DNA of 64,000 bases, from the NCBI RefSeq assembly GCF_009914755.1, contig NC_060942.1; one strand, 5' to 3'. Below are positions 15,404 to 30,336 of this stretch, in pieces (the stretch's first letter is position 1; every line of letters begins with the position of its first letter). The DNA is from the human T2T-CHM13v2.0 reference genome, Homo sapiens. The translations under genes and the position numbers were made by a program. The notes under the pieces were generated by a model. It did not search any database, had not been told where the DNA came from, and worked only from the letters and a program-made list of their open reading frames with translations.

Positions 15404-15565
15404 TGTAAATACGGTTTCTAAAGAGATCAAGTCCTTGCCCCAAGATGCTTCTTTTAAATTACCCATGACTATCCACCGTGTCTTCGAAAGTGGGGATCAG
15501 AGCTAAGACTGTCAGCAGCACTTTCTCGTCCTCTTCTTCCATTCTTTCTCCCTCCCCAAAAATAG

Positions 15566-15910
<345 letters not shown>

Positions 15911-17560
15911 CACCAAGGCTAACTTTTGAGGCCTTGGAGAGAGCTTTGGGGAACTGTTGGCTCTACCAGAGAGACCAACCCCCTATAAGATTTGGGCCAT
16001 GATGACATTTCCATCCTCCAGTTCCCTGAGGAGGTCAGCCAGATAGACACCTGCTCAGAATCAGCCCTCTCAAGAGTGTCTTCATTTTAAAATAAGAACT
16101 TTTGGGGGAATAATGCTGAACTGAATAGCGTGGCTCTTGAGGGTGGAATGTCATGCCCAGGGACTGAGTGGGGACCACACAAGCCGAGCCTGTGGCCCTC
16201 AGCTGCCCAGTCAGGCCCTCCGAGGTGGCGGTGGCTAAAAGAGGGAGACACAGCTTCTCCAGGCTGCAGCCCTGCAGCCCTGTGCTCTGTCCGGACCTTG
16301 GAAGGCAAGAGCCAACCATTGTGTTTCCATCCTGGACATGCGGTGGGAGAAGGAAAGAAGCATTAGCTCACCCCCCGCCCTCCCACAGCCTCTGGAGGCT
16401 CCTGGACCCCCAGTGAGAGGGAGGGTCTGGACAATGAATAGGAAGGGAAAATGGGTCACATTCTTGTGGCCTACCCTTGGTGTTAGGACTTTCCACACCC
16501 CAAGATGGCTGCTCAAATGCTTTGACCTGTAACACTGTAAAAAGTGGGGGGGTTTCCAGTTCCTAGGCCCCAGTGGGGGTTCGCGTGCTCTCCTGCCATC
16601 CTCCCATTTCTGTTTGGACCACCCACCCGCTCATCCGGTGGTGCCTCACCCTTTCTTTCCTCCTGGGTTTCTAGAACCGCCCCCCCATCCCCCAGTATCA
16701 AATGCAATCCTTTCTCCTTCTGCTCCCAGATACAGATACCCGGTTTGTAAAGTCTGCTCTGCTCTGACTGGCGTGGTGGAGTGTGGCTCTCTGCTGCTTG
16801 CCTGTGACCCTGGGCGTTTTCCTCCCCTGGTTTCCTGCACATTTTTTTCCAGTCATCCCCCAGCCGGGCCTGCAGAGCTGCCACTGTCCCTGCAGCCTGC
16901 ACGTTCCCCAGCCCTGGCAGCAACCACTGGGGCAGGAGGTCCTGGGCTCCTCAGCCCCTGGAAGACCCTGCGCCAGCCCCGACTCTAGACATCTGAGCTT
17001 TCGTGCTGCAGGCCTGGAGTTTAAGAAGACATGAGGTGAAAGTGTGAGAGCTAAGGGAAGGTCCTAACCCCTAAGATTATTTTCCACGAACAGGACAATC
17101 CAACAGCTCTGATTGAAAGTAAATTGGCCTTTCTGCAATTCTTTTTTTCTTCCTTCGACCAAATATGCTCTCTTCTGTTTTTCCCCCTCCACACCGGAAA
17201 CTCTACTTACGATTTTTAAATGGTCCTAACTGGGGAGAGGAAGTTGATTGGCTGGGGAGAGAATTCCACCCTCGGTCCATATCCCACTGGGCCCAAAGTC
17301 AATAGAAGGGCCCTCCAGGCTCCAGGCGGCAGAAGACCGGACAAGCCACAAAGTATTTATTTTCAGCGGCTTTGCCCAGGCCCCAGCAGACAGAGATTTT
17401 ATTGAATCTTGCCCCAAAACTGCTGGGATTAGGACTTGCTTGGCTACTCAGAGAGAAATAAGTTTCTTAGGGAAAAAAAAAAAAAAGTTGGCCTCTCCTG
17501 CCCTCCTCTTCTTTGCCCCTGTTCACCCTCCCCATGTGGCTTCCTTGTTTAAAAGTTTTC

Positions 17561-17858
17561 CAGGCCTGACGCGGTGGTTCACGCCTGTAATCCCAGCACT
17601 TTGGGAGGCCAATGCAGGCGGATCACTTGAGGTCAGGAGTTTGAGAACAGCTTGGCCAACATGGTAAAACCCCGTCTCTACTAAAAATACAAAAATTAGC
17701 TGGGCATGGTGGCAGGAGTCTATAGTCCCAGCTACTCAGGAGGCTGGGGCTGGAGAGTCACTTGAACCTGGGAGGTGGAGGTTGCAGCGCGCCAAGATTG
17801 CACCATTGCACTCCAGCTTCGGTGACAGAGCTAGATTCCGTCTCAAAAAAAAAAAAAA
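17561..17858 (+). mobile_element. Alu SINE (AluS-type)
   Basis: Sense Alu with A tail; aaaagttt flanks. Confidence 0.95.
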
Positions 17859-18649
17859 GTTTCCCCAAATTTTCTTGTACTGAGGAAGAGGCTCATGTTT
17901 TTCTGAAAAGCCCAACACGCCTATCTCGACCCCTCTGGTCCTGTGGTGGGCATCGGTCTTGGGAGATCTCTGCTAACCCAGCCTGAGCTGGGGGAGGAGG
18001 GCCAGCTTCATACAGGGTGCACCCCCAGGAAGGTCTGGCCTCCCTGCAGCCTGCCCAGCCTTCAGGCCCGGAGATCAGGCAGCAGGGTCACTGTCAGGCC
18101 TTCAGCTCAGGAACTCAGAGCAGGCCCAAGGCTGGGGGCTCAGACGGAGTGAAGGTGGTCTCCTGGAGCCTGATAGGTGAGGGAGGCACTGGGGGCCTTC
18201 CCAGGGCACAGGTCTCGCCAAGCAAGGCCAAGGTCAAGGTCAGAATCAGGCAGAGCCGAGCTCCTCCGCTGGAGTTCTGAGTGTTCCTGTGGGACCCTAG
18301 GAAGCTGGCTACTTAGTGGCTTAGGGGGCTCCTGAGCTGACCCCAAAATCAGGTTCTCTGGCTGCACCCCACGCTCAGGCCTGACCCAGGTGGCAGTATC
18401 CGGAGGGAATGTCTCATAGCCCCTCTGGGGCTGCCCGGGGGCTGTGGGTTGGGGAGAGTCCCAGCCATAGAACACTGAGGAACATTTTGTCCTCTGTCAA
18501 CCTGCAGCCAGCAGAGGATGCCAGACCCTGATCCCAGGTACCCTGGAGCCAGGGCAGGTGCCACCCTAGCTGCTGACTGTGCCCCAGCCCATTTCTCTCT
18601 GCTTTCACAAGCTTGTTGTTTGCTGTGTGATTGCTCTTATGACCCTATC

Positions 18650-18808
18650 TAAGCCAGATGTGGTGGCATGTGCCTGTAATCCCAGCTGTTCAGCAGAGTG
18701 AGGCAAGAGAATCATTGGAGCATAGGAATTCAAGGCTGCGATGAGCCATAATCACACCACTGCACTTCAGCCTGGGTGACAGGTGAGCCCCTGTCTCAAA
18801 AAAAAAAA
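18650..18808 (+). mobile_element. Alu right-arm monomer (FRAM/AluJ-like)
   Basis: agccagatgtggtggcatgtgcctgtaatcccagc...cagcctgggtgaca...ctcaaaaaaa. Confidence 0.85.
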
Positions 18809-21137
18809 GACCTCCATCTAGGAACCTGGGCTTTTCCAAACTGGAGACAGGACGCACTCAGGGGAAGGAATTAGCCCACCACCCAACGGTGCACCTCTGA
18901 CCCTGCTTTGGCAGAAAACTCAGACTGTGGGGCTATAGGGGAGGCCTTATTGGAACTGGCTGCCAGGCCTGGGTTAGCTTTCAGCTGGCAGGGAGAGGGA
19001 CAGCTGAACAGAGGAGCCGAGGTGAGGTTGCATGGGCGCTTCTTCTGTACAGCAAAGAGAATCCCCTGGCAGGTCAGGCAGACCAAGATGTGAGACCTCT
19101 TTGGCCGTGCACTGTGGCATCAACCCAGAGATTTGTTCTATGGACAAAACCCCTCCACGAAACCTGGCTGTTTGTTCTCTGTTTCTTTGTTCTGAACTGG
19201 AAGAACTATCTGCGTGGTGGGAAGAGGAGAGCCTTATCGCTGGGGTTTATTGTGGGGCTATTAATAATGAGCGCACCCCCTGCTCCAGGGTGGGGGAGAT
19301 AGGCTGGGGTGTCCAGCCCAGTCCCTGGAGCCCCTTCCTCCTGGCCCTGCCAAATTCCTCAGAGCCCAATGGATAAGATTGGCGGTTTCTACTTCCCAAA
19401 GGTCCTGGCCTGGAATTCTTATCCAACTCCAGGCTCGTTTAACTTGGATGAGGGAGGAGGTGGCTGGCGAGGGCTGGGAGCTTAAGACCCCAGTGAGGGG
19501 CTGGGGCCAGAGAGAAGCCACATTTCTCCCAGTGACTTGATTCCTGAATTCTTGACACTGCTGTGCAGAGCCTCCTGCCCCCATCCTTCCTACCAGGCCC
19601 TGATTTCTCTCCATTTCCACAACCCTAAAGACAACTCTAAAAGCGAATGCCTGGGTGCCCTCTCATACAGCAATGGGCAGGAAGGAGGGAGGGGTAGGGA
19701 GGGAGAAAACCCAGCCTGGACACAGCCTGAGAGACCCTCCACTGTCCTGGGCCCCTCCCTGTCCCTGCTCCATCCAGCCCCACAGCTGGAGAGAGAGAGT
19801 GAGCTTCCCTCCTGCACAGTGAGGCTCGGCCTCGTGACTGGGAGCCTCCCCGCCTGTCCACATATGTGTTCAGCTGGTCTCCTACTCACCCTCCTGCACC
19901 CTCTGCCTGCCACACTGCTCACCCAGACCCTACCTGTCCCCATCCCAGGTCCAGTCTGAGCCACGAGGCTTAGCAGAGACACTGCTGCCTTGAGGCTTTT
20001 GGGGTTTTTGTGTGTGTGCGAGAAGGGGTGTCCACACCCATGCTGTGGGCTCCCTGGTAGCAAAGGGCTGCACACCCACACTCTCCCCTCAGTGAGCTTC
20101 CAAGAGGGGGCAGGGCACACAGGCCATGCTCGGTATGTGTCACCATTAGTGAGTCATGGCAGTGTTTGGAAAGTCCACAGGAGCAGGCCTCTGGAGTCCG
20201 GGATTCTAGAACTGACCAGACCACCAGGTGCTGCGCGACCCTGTGAAGGTCGCCTCACCTCTGGTCTGTGGCATCCTCAGTCCTACCCCAGGAGGAGATT
20301 AGGTCAGTCTGTCCCTGCAGAACCTGTTATGAAGGAGGCCAGGGAGAGCTCGGCATGTCACATCAGGGTCACGCCACTCCGGGAGTTCATCCCAGGAATG
20401 ATGGGAGGGGTGCTGGGGCCACCCTGCCCTGAGGCTGGATGGGATTCTGACCTGGTCTCCAGACAGGACCTCTTCATTCCTAATTCCCAGAAGCAGAACT
20501 CTCGCCTGGCCTCCAAGAGCTCTCCTCCAGGAAGGAGGGACCACACTGACTCGGGCCCTCCCCCAATTCCTCCTGAGCCCCAACCCTGCCAAGCCTGGGA
20601 CCCTCCCCAGCTCAGAGCAAAAGTCTGGGCTCTGAGGTCAGTGACCCTGGTGGGCTGCCCTCTCTCCATGCTCTGGGTCCAAGGACAGATGTAGGTTGAG
20701 GGGCCTCAGGCAGTCCTCCACCTCCCTGACACTGGAGAGGGGCCTCAGTTTGGGGCGTGGGCTGGCACTGGGCTGTGAGCTTCACCAATGCAGAGCGTCC
20801 AGGGATGACCACTCAGGAGCCTGCCCGGGGCAGTTTCCCAGAAACGGTGGGGTAGGGTGGCAGGGGAGGGAGGAGCTCCAGAGGATCTTGCTGGGTTAAG
20901 ACGGGGGCTAAAGGTGGGGTGGGGATGACCCTTCCTGGAGGAAAACAACACCAGGGCCTCGAGGACCGGAGGGAGAAGGAAGGAGCCCCTTGGAAGGGAG
21001 GCTGACCTTGCTGTGCAGCCGGCCCTGCCCATCTGAGTTCAGCCTCTTCCTGGGTTCTGTTGCTTCAGTGCTGCTGCTTTGCTCCGATCTAAAGCGCTCA
21101 CAGAGCCCTACACCTGGGTTTTCTCTCCCTAGACTGG

Positions 21138-21245
21138 CGGTTTTCAGCCCTGGAGGGGTTGAATCACCTGGGGAGCTTTCACAAACACTGGGGCCGAGAC
21201 TCGCAGCAGAGGCTCGGATTTAATTGGTCTGGGGTGTAGGCTGCT
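21138..21245. mobile_element. MER5-like fragment
   Basis: gaatcacctggggagcttt...gatttaattggtctggggtg. Confidence 0.6.
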
Positions 21246-21699
21246 CAGGACTCTGCCTCAGGGCCTAACCTGTCTCCAGGGAAGGCACCTTCTCCAACGC
21301 CTTTTCCCCACACTGCTAACACCCAGCTCACCCAGGAAGATGACTGTCACAGCTGGTCTGTCCTGCAGGCGAGGGCCAGCCGCCTTACCCGGGCACCTCA
21401 TGCTGGCCACCCAGTGCAGACCCACAGTAAGGTGGCAGCTTCTGCTCCGGCAGGAATAGAGGCTCACCTCATACCTGCCCCACAGCCTCAAGCTCGGGTC
21501 AGACATGGAGGAGGGCATGGGTCTTGCTCCTCCCCTTTCCTTGTCCAGCACTGGCCGGATGGTGTCCCCCGCCTGGCACTATCGCGGCAACCATGTTCCT
21601 GGCAGGAGGAAGTGTGGCAATTGCTGGAAGGGCCAGTCTGCAGGCCAGGCCAGCTGGGGTGTCCCCTTCTTCACTGAACAGGCCTCTTCATGGCCTCCA

Positions 21700-22660
21700 G
21701 CCTCATTTGCTGTCATCCAGTGGCCGCTTTTCAGGCCCTCTCTGGGTGATGTTGATGCCATGGACCGTCCCCTCCTCTGCCTCCTGCCTCGTCTTCTAGA
21801 ACACTCCCCACTCCCCCAACTGTCCTCTCAGTGGACTCCTCAGTCTCCCCTGCCACTTGCCCCAAATGTGGGTCCCCTGGGGACTGGCCTCAGTACTGTC
21901 CTCGCTCCACATTCTCCAAGGAGTGACTTCACCCAAACCACGGTTTCAAATGCTATCTGTGCCCAAGGCCTCTCGAGCCCGGACCTCCTTTCTGAATTCC
22001 GGACCCCTCACCCAGCTGCGTGTAGACCCTCTCTCCAGGCACAGCCCCAGCCTGGCCACACTCAGTCTGCTCCTGCTCTGGTTTTCCCAATGCACAAATG
22101 ACAGCGTCATCCGACAGATTTCCTCAACCTTGTCCTTGACTCCTTCCTGCCCCCACCCCTACTAACTTCATGGCTGATTTCAGCACTTACTTCCCCATTC
22201 TGTCTACTGCTCTCCACCTCCCTCCACCAGCCTGGGCCAGGCATTGTCATTTGTCACCAAACCACTGCAGCCATCTGTTAACTTAATGTCACACTGCCAC
22301 GCTCATCCACCTTCAAGCCTTCATACCCCGCCTTGGGAAGTCTGAAACAGGGGAGCCTGGGTGTGCCACATTCCTGCCTAACTCCTCCCATCGCTTCCCA
22401 CTGCTCTAGGACAGAGTCCTCTGGAAGGAGGCTGACCTTCCTTCGTCCTCGCTCCCATCTGCCCTCATCTTTTCCCTCCTCCACCCACATTCCAGCCATT
22501 ATTCCCTGTCTGCTCAGAGTTTCCCAACATGTTGGGATTGATCCCTCTGAGATGTCCACCTGCTCTAGAATGCCCTGCCTCCTTCCTCCAGCAAACTCCT
22601 ATTCATTCCTCAAAACATCATTCGTGTGCTACCTCCCCTGGGAAGCCTTCCAGGACTTCT
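21700..22660 (+). mobile_element. Degenerate L2 LINE fragments
   Basis: Pyrimidine-rich L2-type motifs (agcccggacctcctttctgaattcc, tgctctagaatgccctgcc, actcctattcattcctcaaaac, ctgggaagccttcc). Confidence 0.55.
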
Positions 22661-24121
22661 CAGTCTTTGTGTGGTAGGGACTTAGAACGGGTCTTGGTGT
22701 TTCACAGTGCAGAACACAGTTTCTGCTTGAGCTTTCAAGGCAACGACTTTTTCAGTTGCCGTGACCATGGGGAATTCACAGCCCTGCGGGGGACCAGAGA
22801 ATGTTCAGACAAGGGGAGAGAGATCATTGCACAGCCCTCATGTTCACAGAATAGAGTGGGCAGCTCGCACTAGGTGGGGCTTCTCCATGGGGACTGGTCA
22901 GACTTGTGAGAGGCCTTCTGTCTCCCCAGACCAGGATAACAATCATCTTCCACTCATCCATTGCTCATTGGCCTTTCTGACTCGCCTAGCACCAACCGAC
23001 AGTATCACGAACTAGTTACTACGCGTTACCAAGGGCTCCTCTTGGTTTGCAGTGATCTCCCGAGCTCCACCTGTTCCCCACACTCCATCCCTCCTCCAAG
23101 GCTCAGCACAGTGACCAATGGGACAGAGCCCTGGTGAGCTGGCGGACAAGAGTGAGTCTTCAGGGCCAGGGTTTAAGCCCAGGCCCAGAACAGAAGCCAT
23201 TTTTATAAATGAAGCATCCGAAATTGAAGCCTGCCAAGATGAAGGCAGAAACAACTTGGCACATTGCTTCCAGGCACGGAAGAAGGAGAAGCGTGTCTGT
23301 TTCATACCAGAAACCCTCCGGTTCTGGTTTCTCCAAGCTCGGCCTTTACCTTCTCCTTGACTTGGAAGGGTCGCCTGTGGCCCCGCTCCCCCATCTCTTC
23401 TGGAGCTGCCTTCTGTAAAGTGATCTTTCTATATTTACTTAAACTTCTATTTAAAGAGGAATTCCTCATAATTACTCAGCCGCAGAGAGCTGACACTGTT
23501 TGGCTCTGTTTATTTAGTTTCTCCTAGTGATTGGCAAAATGTCCTCAGTGGCTTTCAAGAGCAGATATAGACGAATGACCTCTTGGTCATAAAATAAAGT
23601 ATGATGCTCTTTTCTGTCCTCATGGGAGACGGCATGTGGGGGGGATGTGCCTCACCATCCCACCCCATAAAAACGCTAAATCCAGTCATTTCTGAGGTTG
23701 GATTTGTGAAGCAGTTTCATAATTGGTGAAGGGTGCCGTCTCATCCGGGTGTGAGTACATGTGTGGATACAGCACGTGTCCAGCACACGCAGCCTTTCAT
23801 GTGCACACACAGACGTTCACACCCACACACGGCCTCACAAATGGCAAAGAGCAGACCCGCCAACAAAAGGAGGAAGCAAGAATTAATACATCTGTTTTTT
23901 TCTTCAAAAAATTTTAATTGATACTTGGCATTTAGTCCAGTAGGGAAACTAAAATAGCTAGTTATTTGTGTAGAAATAGTTCCCAGGGTGCTTCCCTCCC
24001 TTCCTCCCCGCAACCCCTTTACTCCTCCCCCACCCCTGCCCCCGACACAACGACCCTACAGAACATCCAGGGACAACCCTGCTCTGACAAACCCAAAGGG
24101 AAAAATGCTGAACATCATTTG

Positions 24122-24205
24122 TTAAAATGTGGCCAGTAGCAAGACGCAGAGATGGCGGGCAATTTAAAATGTGGCCAGTAGCAGGACGCAGAGATGGTGG
24201 GCGAT
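24122..24205. repeat. 42-bp tandem duplication
   Basis: ttaaaatgtggccagtagcaagacgcagagatggcgggcaat / ttaaaatgtggccagtagcaggacgcagagatggtgggcgat. Confidence 0.95.
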
Positions 24206-25434
24206 TTGGGGGTTTTGAGGGGAGGGCCTTTGTGCCCTCCAGTTCGTGCCATTGAGTTTGAAGGCGTGCGGAAAGCAGAGACAACTGTCACGCCTCCCAA
24301 ACAGTGACCCAACCCACCTAACCCACACCAGTCCCCTGCTTCCCAGGACCCCTTCTCTGTACCGTCCTGCCATAAGCCCTGCAAGACCTGCCTTCCCAGG
24401 AGAACTCCCATCTCCACATCCTGCTCCCCAGGTCCCAGCGCCTCTCCCACCCATCAGCCCTTGAGTGGATGCCTCGGCACGGGGGTCACACTCAGAGCTC
24501 CCCACTGCCTTCCCACTCAATGCTTTTCAGTTGGCTTTGTGGAGTGTTTGCCCTCTGCAGTCAGACTCTGTCTTTTGAGGGGTACAGGGCCTGTAACTTG
24601 AGCCCCAGCAGTGTCCTCACACCTCCAGTACACAGAGGAGGGACCCACATGGAGCAGGTGGTGGTGATAGCCTGTGCCTGTGGCTGGATTCTATGGTCTG
24701 CCCTAACAAGGCACAGCTCAGGAACCCAAGAGCTGTCTGTGATATTGACCAAGGGCCCTTCTTGGAAACCTCCTTGTGGCCAGGCCCAGAAATAGGATGG
24801 CAGGAGAAGCCGCCAGACCTCCTAGGCATGGGCTCCCTTTCAGAATCCTCCAAGCTGGTGAGGACGGCGGGAAGGCAGAGTACAGGGCAGACAGTGATGC
24901 CCGCCTGGAGCCAGGCCGGGGATCAGCCTAGGCGCAAGCCACGCATCCACATGGGTTCCTCTGCATTGAGAACTGCCGACAGGACGTCCTCGGAGTCCCA
25001 AGCAATTGTCTGGTTTGTGATGGACCCATCTTTCATTTCTTGATTATTCAGTAGCTTCGTGTCCTAGAAACCAAGAGGACCATTTCTATAAAAGAGGTTG
25101 GTTGAATAAAGACAGCGTGAGAATAGAGGAGCTCCTATTCCCGAAGTCAGCTGCCTGTTCTGCTTTCAGGCCCAGCAAACACCCCAGCCAGAGGAACTGG
25201 GGCCCTTTGCCCCTTCATGGTGTTCGCAGCCCCTCATCACCTGCTCCCCTGGAAGGCCTGCTGAAATGCAGATGTCCATAAGGTCTCCCACACACCCAGT
25301 TTCAGCAGCTCTAGCTTGGGTCTAGGATAGTCACTCAACAAACACGTATTGAGCAGCCACCATCTTCCAGGAGCCCTGCTGAAGTGGCAGCGGATAAGGC
25401 AGGTGGCTCCCTGCTTTCATAGAGCTTCTGTCTA

Positions 25435-25625
25435 GAGAAAGGTGCCCAAGCTGTAGGTGCCTCAGAATCGCCTGAGGTGCTTGTTAACACAGAAGGCTGG
25501 TCACAGCCCCGGAGTTCCCAACCAGCAGGTGTCTGGGGTGGGACCTGAGAATTTGCTTGTTTCAGAAGTTTCCAGACAAGGCTGAGGCTGCTGGTCTAGG
25601 AGCCACATTTTGAAAACCACTGGCC
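25435..25625. mobile_element. MER5A hAT-Charlie fossil
   Basis: cagaatcgcctgaggtgcttgttaacacaga...tctggggtgggacctgagaatttgc...gctgctggtc...ccacattttgaaaaccactg. Confidence 0.8.
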
Positions 25626-25705
25626 CAGCCAATCCCCACGGGAACAGGACCTAGGGCAGTGATATTTCAGGAGAAAAGACTGGTGATTCAGAAAAACACA
25701 AGGGT

Positions 25706-26003
25706 GGCCAGGCACGGTGGCTCACACCTGTAATCCCAGTACTTTGGGAGGCCGAGGCGGGTGGATCACCTGAGGTCAGGAGTTTGAGACCAGCCTGGCC
25801 AACATGGTGAAACCCCGTCTCTACTAAAAGTACAAAAATTAGCCGGGCGCGGTGGCAGGGGCCTGTAATCCCAGCTACTCAGGAGGCTAAGGCAAGAGAA
25901 TCACTTGAACCCAGAAGGCGGAGGTTGCAGTGAGCTGAGATCACACCACTGCACTCCAGCCTGGGTGACAGAGTGAGACCCTGACTCAGAAAAAAAAAAA
26001 AAA
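25706..26003 (+). mobile_element. Alu SINE (AluSx-like)
   Basis: Sense Alu consensus with A-rich tail. Confidence 0.95.
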
Positions 26004-26746
26004 ACCAACAACAAAAACCCAAAAAACCCCCAAGCATGCATGAGAGGTCAGCAGCCCATGGTCCGCAGACCCCGAGCACATCAGAGCCTCAAGGCTCCAC
26101 CTGAAAAGCTGCCACAATGGAATGACCTCTGCAATTCTTTCCAGGTCTCACTTCTGGAGGACGGGTGAATTGGGAGCAAAGGCAGGGAGGCTGGCAGAGG
26201 TTTCTGGAAGTCAGTGGGGCAGGGCCAGCGCTAGAGAAGAGGAGGCTTTGAGGCTTGTCTTGGCTTAGGCCTTCTCCTCCTCCTGGGCACCACCCTGAAC
26301 TGACCCTACCCCGCCAGACACTGCTGCGGCCTGGCTGCCCTGGGGAGGGCAGGCCAGGGCCAGCAAGACCTGGGAGCCTCTGCTGCCCACGACACCTACA
26401 GTTTTAGAATCTGGAGAGCAGATGCCTCTGGCTTGCTAAGCAACTCATGAAACAAACAGCTTGCTTCAGGGCTTTCTTTTTTGAAGCTGACTTTGTTGTT
26501 TGGGTGGGGAGATGTGTGTATAGATAAGCTTCTCAAAGTGATGACATCACAAGAATAATAAAAATGCCACATTGCACCCTGTGTCTTTCACCTCCCAGGC
26601 ACGTTTTCAAAACTAATCATAGGTCAATTCCCCTTCTTGCCAGCTCCAGGGACCTGCAGAGATGGGAGGCGCTGCTGAAAACCCTCTAAGGGGGGCAGCG
26701 CCGCCTTACCTCTCAGAGCTGCATTTCCCTCTCTTAGAAAAGGGAC

Positions 26747-26852
26747 GAAGCGGAGCTTGCAGTGAGCCGAGATTGCGCCACTGCAGTCCGCAGTCCGACC
26801 TGGGCGACAGAGCGAGACTCCATCTCAAAAAAAAAAAAAAAAAAAAAAAAAA
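26747..26852 (+). mobile_element. 5'-truncated AluYb8-lineage insertion with 13-bp TSD
   Basis: gaagcggagcttgcagtgagccgagattgcgccactgcagtccgcagtccgacctggg carries the Yb8 7-bp duplication; A26 tail; TSD agaaaagggacga at 26736-26748 and 26852-26864. Confidence 0.93.
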
Positions 26853-27934
26853 GAAAAGGGACGAGCTAGGTGGATTTTAAAGTTCCTGCCAGTTCCCAAT
26901 TATTTACCCAGAACTGATTTTAACTGAGTGTTTGACCAAAGCTTTGGTCCATGAGCCTTCCATTGCCGGGGTGTTTATTTTACATAAAATTTATCTGGAT
27001 ACTCACACGTAGAAGTTTTTCTTTTGGTATGGAAAGGGGTCAGAAGATTCTCCAGGTTTTGAGGGGCCCTGAAGCTTACACAATTTGCAAGAGTGTCTCC
27101 TTCAGGAAAATAATACAGAATTACTGATCATAATTCGGTGCTGGGTCCTGGTAGAGGCCCAGGCTGTAATGTGTCCAGAGGCACAAGGCTCAGCTCCACA
27201 CTCTACCCTCTTTCGTTGTGATTAAAGGTCCACAGGCGTCCTGGGCAAATATCAGTTTCTTGAGTCTCAGAGACCCTTGAGACTGTCACAGGCTTGAGTT
27301 GGCACTTTGCAAACCTGAGTGTCTCCCGCGCCCATCCTGCCCTGGCCCATGTTTTGGCCGTGACACTGTGTTGCCAGGCAACCATCTATCCTATAGGAAT
27401 TCACACTCATTCTTCCAGCAGACACATTTAATTTCAGGCCCAGAGTGCTTGGTGACGCGGGGTGACACCAGCCTGCGCCCTCACAGAAATAGCCTGAAGG
27501 ACTGAGTCAAAAGTAGCTGGGGGAACTGATCCCCACATTTGATCTTCTTCCCCTAAAATAGCTTGGTCCTGTTTATGGGGCTGCTCTGAGAGGGGACGTG
27601 GGCGTGGGGCTGTGCTCACAGCTTCCTCCCTCCTGCTGGGTGCTTGCTTTTCTGTGGCCATCAGGAGAGACATCCGTAGTGACTCAGGGCCCTGGACATG
27701 ATGTAACACCCCTGGCTCCCAGGGTGGTGGGGAATGCGTGACTGCCTTGGAATTCCAGGCGGGACCCTTGGTGCCTGCCTGCCAGTTCTTGACTAAGGTC
27801 AGGTGCGGCTGAGAGCTGCGCTCACCAGCCTTGGGGTGGAGGCTGGGAGGGTGTCCTGGCCCCGAGCCAGACCTCCCACTGACAACAGGCCCAGTCCTGA
27901 GCCCCGTGGGGACACCCTTCCATCCCATTCTCTA

Positions 27935-28046
27935 GAGCAGTGGTTCTCAGCCTCGGCTCCATGCTGGAACCACCTAGGGTGCTTTAAAATATCCTGATTC
28001 TGATGTAACCGTGAGATTCTAGTGTGCAGCCAAGGTTGAGAGCCAA
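27935..28046. mobile_element. MER5B-like internally deleted fragment
   Basis: agcagtggttctcagcctcggc...gtgctttaaaatatc...gattctagtgtgcagccaaggttgaga. Confidence 0.6.
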
Positions 28047-28489
28047 GGGACTCCTGCCCAGCGTCCCCTCCCTGACCAGCTGCTGAGCTTTTCCCTTTTG
28101 GCAAGCGTCTCAGGGGCCCTGGGCACCCTCTGGGCTCTGACATTCCTCTCCTGGCTTGAGCAGAGCTGCCTGTCCTGCAGGAGCCAACAGTCCTCAGGCT
28201 CCAAGACCCTCGGCCAGGCATCAGGTCTTAGCCCTGTGCTCTGCCCAGGGCCCTTCCAGGGTGCTGGGGAAGACGTAAGATCTCGAGAGGCCGTGGGATG
28301 CTAGAACAGGGCTGCGGTGGGAGAAGGTGCTGGCCGATGAGAATGGAGGTGACCTGCTTGTTGGGTTTTGAAAATATAATGAAGTCAGTGTGTGTATCAG
28401 TAAAAATAGAGCTCTAAGCCCCTAAACAAGCAAACACAGGCTATCCACTAAAATAAGATTTTATAATTTGTTCATTGGTCAGTTTATAT

Positions 28490-30336
<1,847 letters not shown>

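Noticed and set aside
19990-20694. 234-aa ORF (and the similar 235-aa ORF at 7248-7955)
   Set aside because: No recognisable domain, with overlapping ORFs of similar length in other frames; typical of GC-rich non-coding DNA.
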